Part shown: positions 7,542 to 10,719 of the stretch, one piece after another
How the letters are laid out: each line of letters starts with the position of its first letter
Numbering within the stretch: position 1 is the first letter of the stretch
NCBI GenBank assembly: GCA_050125095.1
Contig: JASFEA010000108.1
Coordinates: 1 to 10,719, forward strand
DNA: 10,719 nt
From: a bacterium
GTDB lineage: Bacteria > Arandabacterota > Arandabacteria > Arandabacterales > JALGWA01
Direction: 5' to 3'
Notes under the pieces: model-generated
Told to the model about the DNA's origin: nothing
The model's database searches: none
The model's input: the letters and a program-made list of their open reading frames with translations, nothing else
Position numbers and translations under genes: made by a program

Positions 7542-7838
7542 CTAGGCGACTTTCATTTTGATGTCAAGGCCCCGGAGGCGGGCTTCCTCTACGATCCTGC
7601 CGCCGGAAACCGCTGCTTCAACGGGCACGACGCCTTTTCCCACCTCGCCGCGAACGGCCAGGATGGCGATGATGGAGGCGTGCCAGCCGGTGAGGCGCTG
7701 CATGGCGCTGAAGCCCGTCGACTCGTCATATCGGTCGACGAGCTCGACTGTCGCGGAGGCCTCCCCGCCGCCCTTCTTGCCCCTGCCTCTCACGCGCATT
7801 ATGCAGATGTCGCGGACACCGGCCTCGGCATGGGGCCA
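7542..7838 (-). pseudogene. 5'-truncated C-terminal remnant of a saccharopine dehydrogenase / lysine 6-dehydrogenase family gene
   Basis: Frame reads '...GVRDICIMRVRGRGKKGG...ELVDRYDESTGFSAMQRLTGWHASIIA...GVVPVE...EEARLRGL', typical of the family C-terminus. In-frame TGA at 7841-7839, and no room for the N-terminal Rossmann domain before the divergent kinase gene. Confidence 0.7.
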
Positions 7839-7941
7839 TCAAGCGCCCGTCAAGTTTCCCGCCCGGCCCTAAGCTCCCGTAGGCAGTTTTTGTAAAGATT
7901 TGCAGGCCGCGAGCCGAAAAAACTGGGGAGGGATCAGTGCT

Positions 7942-10293
7942 ATGGAAAAAGGACGGATACTTGTAGTCGGGGACGAAGGTCTGCCCGGCAGCAGGCTCTT
8001 CGGCGCGCTGGAGAATGCCGGCTACCAGGTGGCCGGCGTGGCTGCGTCGACGCATGAGGGCATACTCCAGACATCGGAGCTCCAGCCCGACATAGTGCTT
8101 CTCGACGCCGGAGTCGGCGGGACCATGAAGGCCACCGACGCCGCCAAGCAGATTCGGGCCTGCTTCGACACCCCCGTTCTATACCTTGCCGGCCCGGCGG
8201 ACCGCGAGATGCTCAAGGAAGCCGGGGTGCCCTCTCCCTTCGGTTATGTAACCAAGCCCTTCAATGAGCGGGATCTTACCACGGCCATCGATGTCGCCCT
8301 CTACAACTTCCAGATGGAGAAAAAGATCAAGGAGCGCGAGCAGTGGTTGGAGACGACGCTCAAGAGTATAGATGACGCAGTAATCGCCACGGACATCAAG
8401 GGTCATATTACCTTCATGAACCCGGTGGCCGACCTGCTGACGGGATGGCCGGAGGCCGAGTCGCTTGGAAGAGACGTCTCGGACGTGTTTCATGTCATCG
8501 CAGAGGTGAGCCGCCAGCCTGCGGAGAACCTGGTCGCCAGGGTCCTCATAGAGGGGAGACCCACCGGGGCCGTCAAGTCGGGCGTTCTGATCGCCAGGAC
8601 CGGCACGGAGGTGCCGGTGGAGAGCAGCGCCGCCCCCATGCTGGACGAGCAGGCCAACCTTACCGGCGTCGTGCTCGTCTTCAGGGACATAACCGAGCGC
8701 AAGCTCGCCGAAGAAAATCTGAAGAATGAGCGCGACCGGGCGCAGAAATACCTGGATATCGCAGGCGTGATGATGGTCGCGCTTAACAGAGATGGCGAGA
8801 TAACCCTGGTCAACCGCCGCGGCCTCGACATTCTGGGGTACTACGAGGATGAACTGCTCGGCAGCAACTGGTTCGAGATATGCGTGCCCGAGAAAATAAG
8901 AGACAGGCGCAGGGCCTACTTCGAACGACTCATGCTGGGGCAGGGCGAAGCCGCAGAGCATGATGAGAATCCCGTAGCCACCAAGTCCGGCGAAGAGAGA
9001 ATAATATCCTGGCACGACACCGTGATCAGGAACCCGGCCGGAGAGGTCGTGGGTACGCTCAGCTCGGGCGAGGACATCACCCAGCGCAAACTGGCGGAAA
9101 AAGAGAAGAACGGGCTCCAGAAACAGCTGCAGCAGTCCCAGAAGATGGAGGCCATCGGCGTCCTCGCCGGAGGCGTGGCGCACGACTTCAACAATCTGCT
9201 CACGGTAATACAGGGCAACTCCGAACTGGCCGCCCTTAAGGCGGGCGGTGAGGAATCCCTGGTAAAGAACATCGAGCAGATCCAGCAGGCGGCGGAGCGC
9301 GCTGCGAACCTCACGGGCCAGCTACTCCTGATGAGCCGCCGGCAGCCTATGGAGTTCGGCGATGTGAATGTGAACGAGTCGGTCCGTAACCTGCTCAGGA
9401 TGCTGGAGCGGCTGATAGGCGAGAATATAGCCATAGAGACGGAGCTCGCCTCCGACCTCTGGAAGGTGAGGGGAGACACCGGCAATGTCGAGCAGGTGAT
9501 ATTGAACCTCGCCGTAAATGCGCGGGACGCCATGCCCGAAGGCGGTACGCTTACCGTGAGAACACAGAACGTGACGCTTGAAGAGAGGGACTCGAGAAAT
9601 TTCGCCGATTTCAAGCCCGGCAGATTCGTTTGCCTCTCGGTGGAAGACACGGGCACCGGAATGGACAAGTCGACGGTCGAGCATATCTTCGAGCCCTTCT
9701 TCAGCACCAAGGAGGCCGGCCGCGGAACCGGGCTGGGCCTGTCGGTGGTGTACGGTATAGTCAGCCAGCACGAAGGCTATATCGACGTCCACAGCAAGCC
9801 CAATGAGGGAACGCTCTTCGAGGTGTTCCTGCCGGCGCTGCTTAAGACCGCAAGCGCGGAAGCGCCCGGGGAAGTTCCGGCGCATGGCCCCCGCGGAAAA
9901 GGCGAGCGCATATTGCTGGTTGAGGACGAGGCCGGCGTAAGGGACTTCGCGGGACTTGCGCTGAGGTCAAGCGGCTATCATGTAACTGAAGCAGTGAGCG
10001 CCGAGGAGGCCGTCGAGGTCTTCACCAGGAAGCAGGGCAGGTTCGACCTCGTGTTCAGCGACGTGGTCCTGGCGGGGAAGAGCGGCGTGCAGCTTGCCGA
10101 GGAAATAAGATCGCTGAGTCCGTCGACGCCGGTACTGCTCACAAGCGGATACACCGACGACCGGTCGCAGCTCGCCGAGATCAGAAAACGGGACCTTCCG
10201 TTTCTGCAGAAACCCTACGCCCTTGGAGACCTTCTTGTGGCCATAGGCGGGGCCATTCGCGAGGGAGACGGAATTCCGAGCCGCCACGGTTAG
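7942..10293 (+). CDS. Cytoplasmic hybrid sensor histidine kinase/response regulator (REC-PAS-PAS-HisKA-HATPase-REC), 783 aa
   Basis: N-terminal receiver (PDIVLLD...TKPF); two PAS/PAC domains (…FRDITERK, …GEDITQRK); H-box 'GGVAHDFNNLL'; N-box 'NLAVNARDAM'; G1 'DTGTGM'; F 'FEPFFSTK'; G2 'GTGLGL'; C-terminal receiver (LLVEDE, FSDVV, TSGY, QKPY). ATG 7942 with SD GGGGAGGG. No TM segment seen. Confidence 0.95.
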   Translation: MEKGRILVVGDEGLPGSRLFGALENAGYQVAGVAASTHEGILQTSELQPDIVLLDAGVGGTMKATDAAKQIRACFDTPVLYLAGPADREMLKEAGVPSPFGYVTKPFNERDLTTAIDVALYNFQMEKKIKEREQWLETTLKSIDDAVIATDIKGHITFMNPVADLLTGWPEAESLGRDVSDVFHVIAEVSRQPAENLVARVLIEGRPTGAVKSGVLIARTGTEVPVESSAAPMLDEQANLTGVVLVFRDITERKLAEENLKNERDRAQKYLDIAGVMMVALNRDGEITLVNRRGLDILGYYEDELLGSNWFEICVPEKIRDRRRAYFERLMLGQGEAAEHDENPVATKSGEERIISWHDTVIRNPAGEVVGTLSSGEDITQRKLAEKEKNGLQKQLQQSQKMEAIGVLAGGVAHDFNNLLTVIQGNSELAALKAGGEESLVKNIEQIQQAAERAANLTGQLLLMSRRQPMEFGDVNVNESVRNLLRMLERLIGENIAIETELASDLWKVRGDTGNVEQVILNLAVNARDAMPEGGTLTVRTQNVTLEERDSRNFADFKPGRFVCLSVEDTGTGMDKSTVEHIFEPFFSTKEAGRGTGLGLSVVYGIVSQHEGYIDVHSKPNEGTLFEVFLPALLKTASAEAPGEVPAHGPRGKGERILLVEDEAGVRDFAGLALRSSGYHVTEAVSAEEAVEVFTRKQGRFDLVFSDVVLAGKSGVQLAEEIRSLSPSTPVLLTSGYTDDRSQLAEIRKRDLPFLQKPYALGDLLVAIGGAIREGDGIPSRHG

Positions 10294-10305
10294 CGCCCGC
10301 CCGCC

Positions 10306-10719
10306 TTACTTCTCTTTCACTCCTGCTTTTATACCACCCCAGGTCCCGGGCTCTGTCGATACCGCGCAGTTGATGGTCGCTGTGAGCATGTCATAGAAGA
10401 GGGAGTCCCCGTTATCAGGGTCGGTCGCCGCCAGCGAGTACGGGTACGCCCCGTCGGGGAGGTCAGCGCCTCCGCCGTCGGCGCCGTCCCAGAGAATGGT
10501 GTAAAAGCCGCTGGCCTGGACGCCGTAGACCAGAGTGCGAATCACCGCGGTCGTGTCCGGGTTCCACACTTCGAGCAGCACCGCCGATTGCACGGGCAGC
10601 TGATATCGGATCTCGGTCACACCGCTCGGCACGTTGCAGAACGGATCGGGAATGTTCTGAAACACCTCGAAGTGGTCCGGGGGCTGGGCGCAAACGGTAT
10701 GCGCCATTCCGGCCGCGAG
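10306..10719 (-). CDS. Secreted FlgD Ig-like domain protein with C-terminal TWGxIK tail (5' end outside the window)
   Basis: 'FQNIPDPF...TEIRYQLP...VIRTLV...SGFYTILWDGADGGGADLPDGAYPYSL' fits the FlgD_ig/T9SS-CTD-like pattern. The frame is open to the window edge (LAAGMAHTVCA-Q looks like the end of a signal peptide). Ends 'AVSTEPGTWGGIKAGVKEK'. Confidence 0.75.
   Translation of the reverse strand, partial: LAAGMAHTVCAQPPDHFEVFQNIPDPFCNVPSGVTEIRYQLPVQSAVLLEVWNPDTTAVIRTLVYGVQASGFYTILWDGADGGGADLPDGAYPYSLAATDPDNGDSLFYDMLTATINCAVSTEPGTWGGIKAGVKEK

Noticed and set aside
224-10287. Long antisense/alternate-frame ORFs (e.g. 224-1033 -, 1757-2647 +, 2493-3392 +, 5022-6182 +, 8179-9183 -, 8916-9710 -)
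   Set aside because: They overlap well-supported genes, lack recognisable motifs and are expected shadow ORFs in high-GC DNA.
10294-10305. (CGCC)3 between convergent stop codons as a terminator
   Set aside because: No hairpin or U-tract; trivial low-complexity spacer.

Overview
GC-rich bacterial window from a diderm organism; the FlgD-Ig protein with a C-terminal TWGxIK tag hints at an FCB-related candidate phylum (inference). Left to right: divergent sigma70-like promoters and mscS (+); a REP/REPIN-like palindromic element between convergent genes; a two-gene minus-strand unit encoding a secreted pentaheme c-type cytochrome and a Cyc2-like fused monoheme cytochrome/outer-membrane porin; a stand-alone fusA (EF-G) outside the str operon; a 70-aa B-box-type zinc finger protein behind a sigma28-like promoter; a His-rich Ni/Co transporter with a palindrome over its promoter; a 5'-truncated saccharopine/lysine dehydrogenase remnant; a REC-PAS-PAS hybrid histidine kinase (+); and a small secreted FlgD-Ig protein cut by the window edge. 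The most notable system is the Cyc2-like cytochrome-porin plus pentaheme pair, a candidate trans-outer-membrane electron conduit. All family calls come from motif recognition; no database searches were run.
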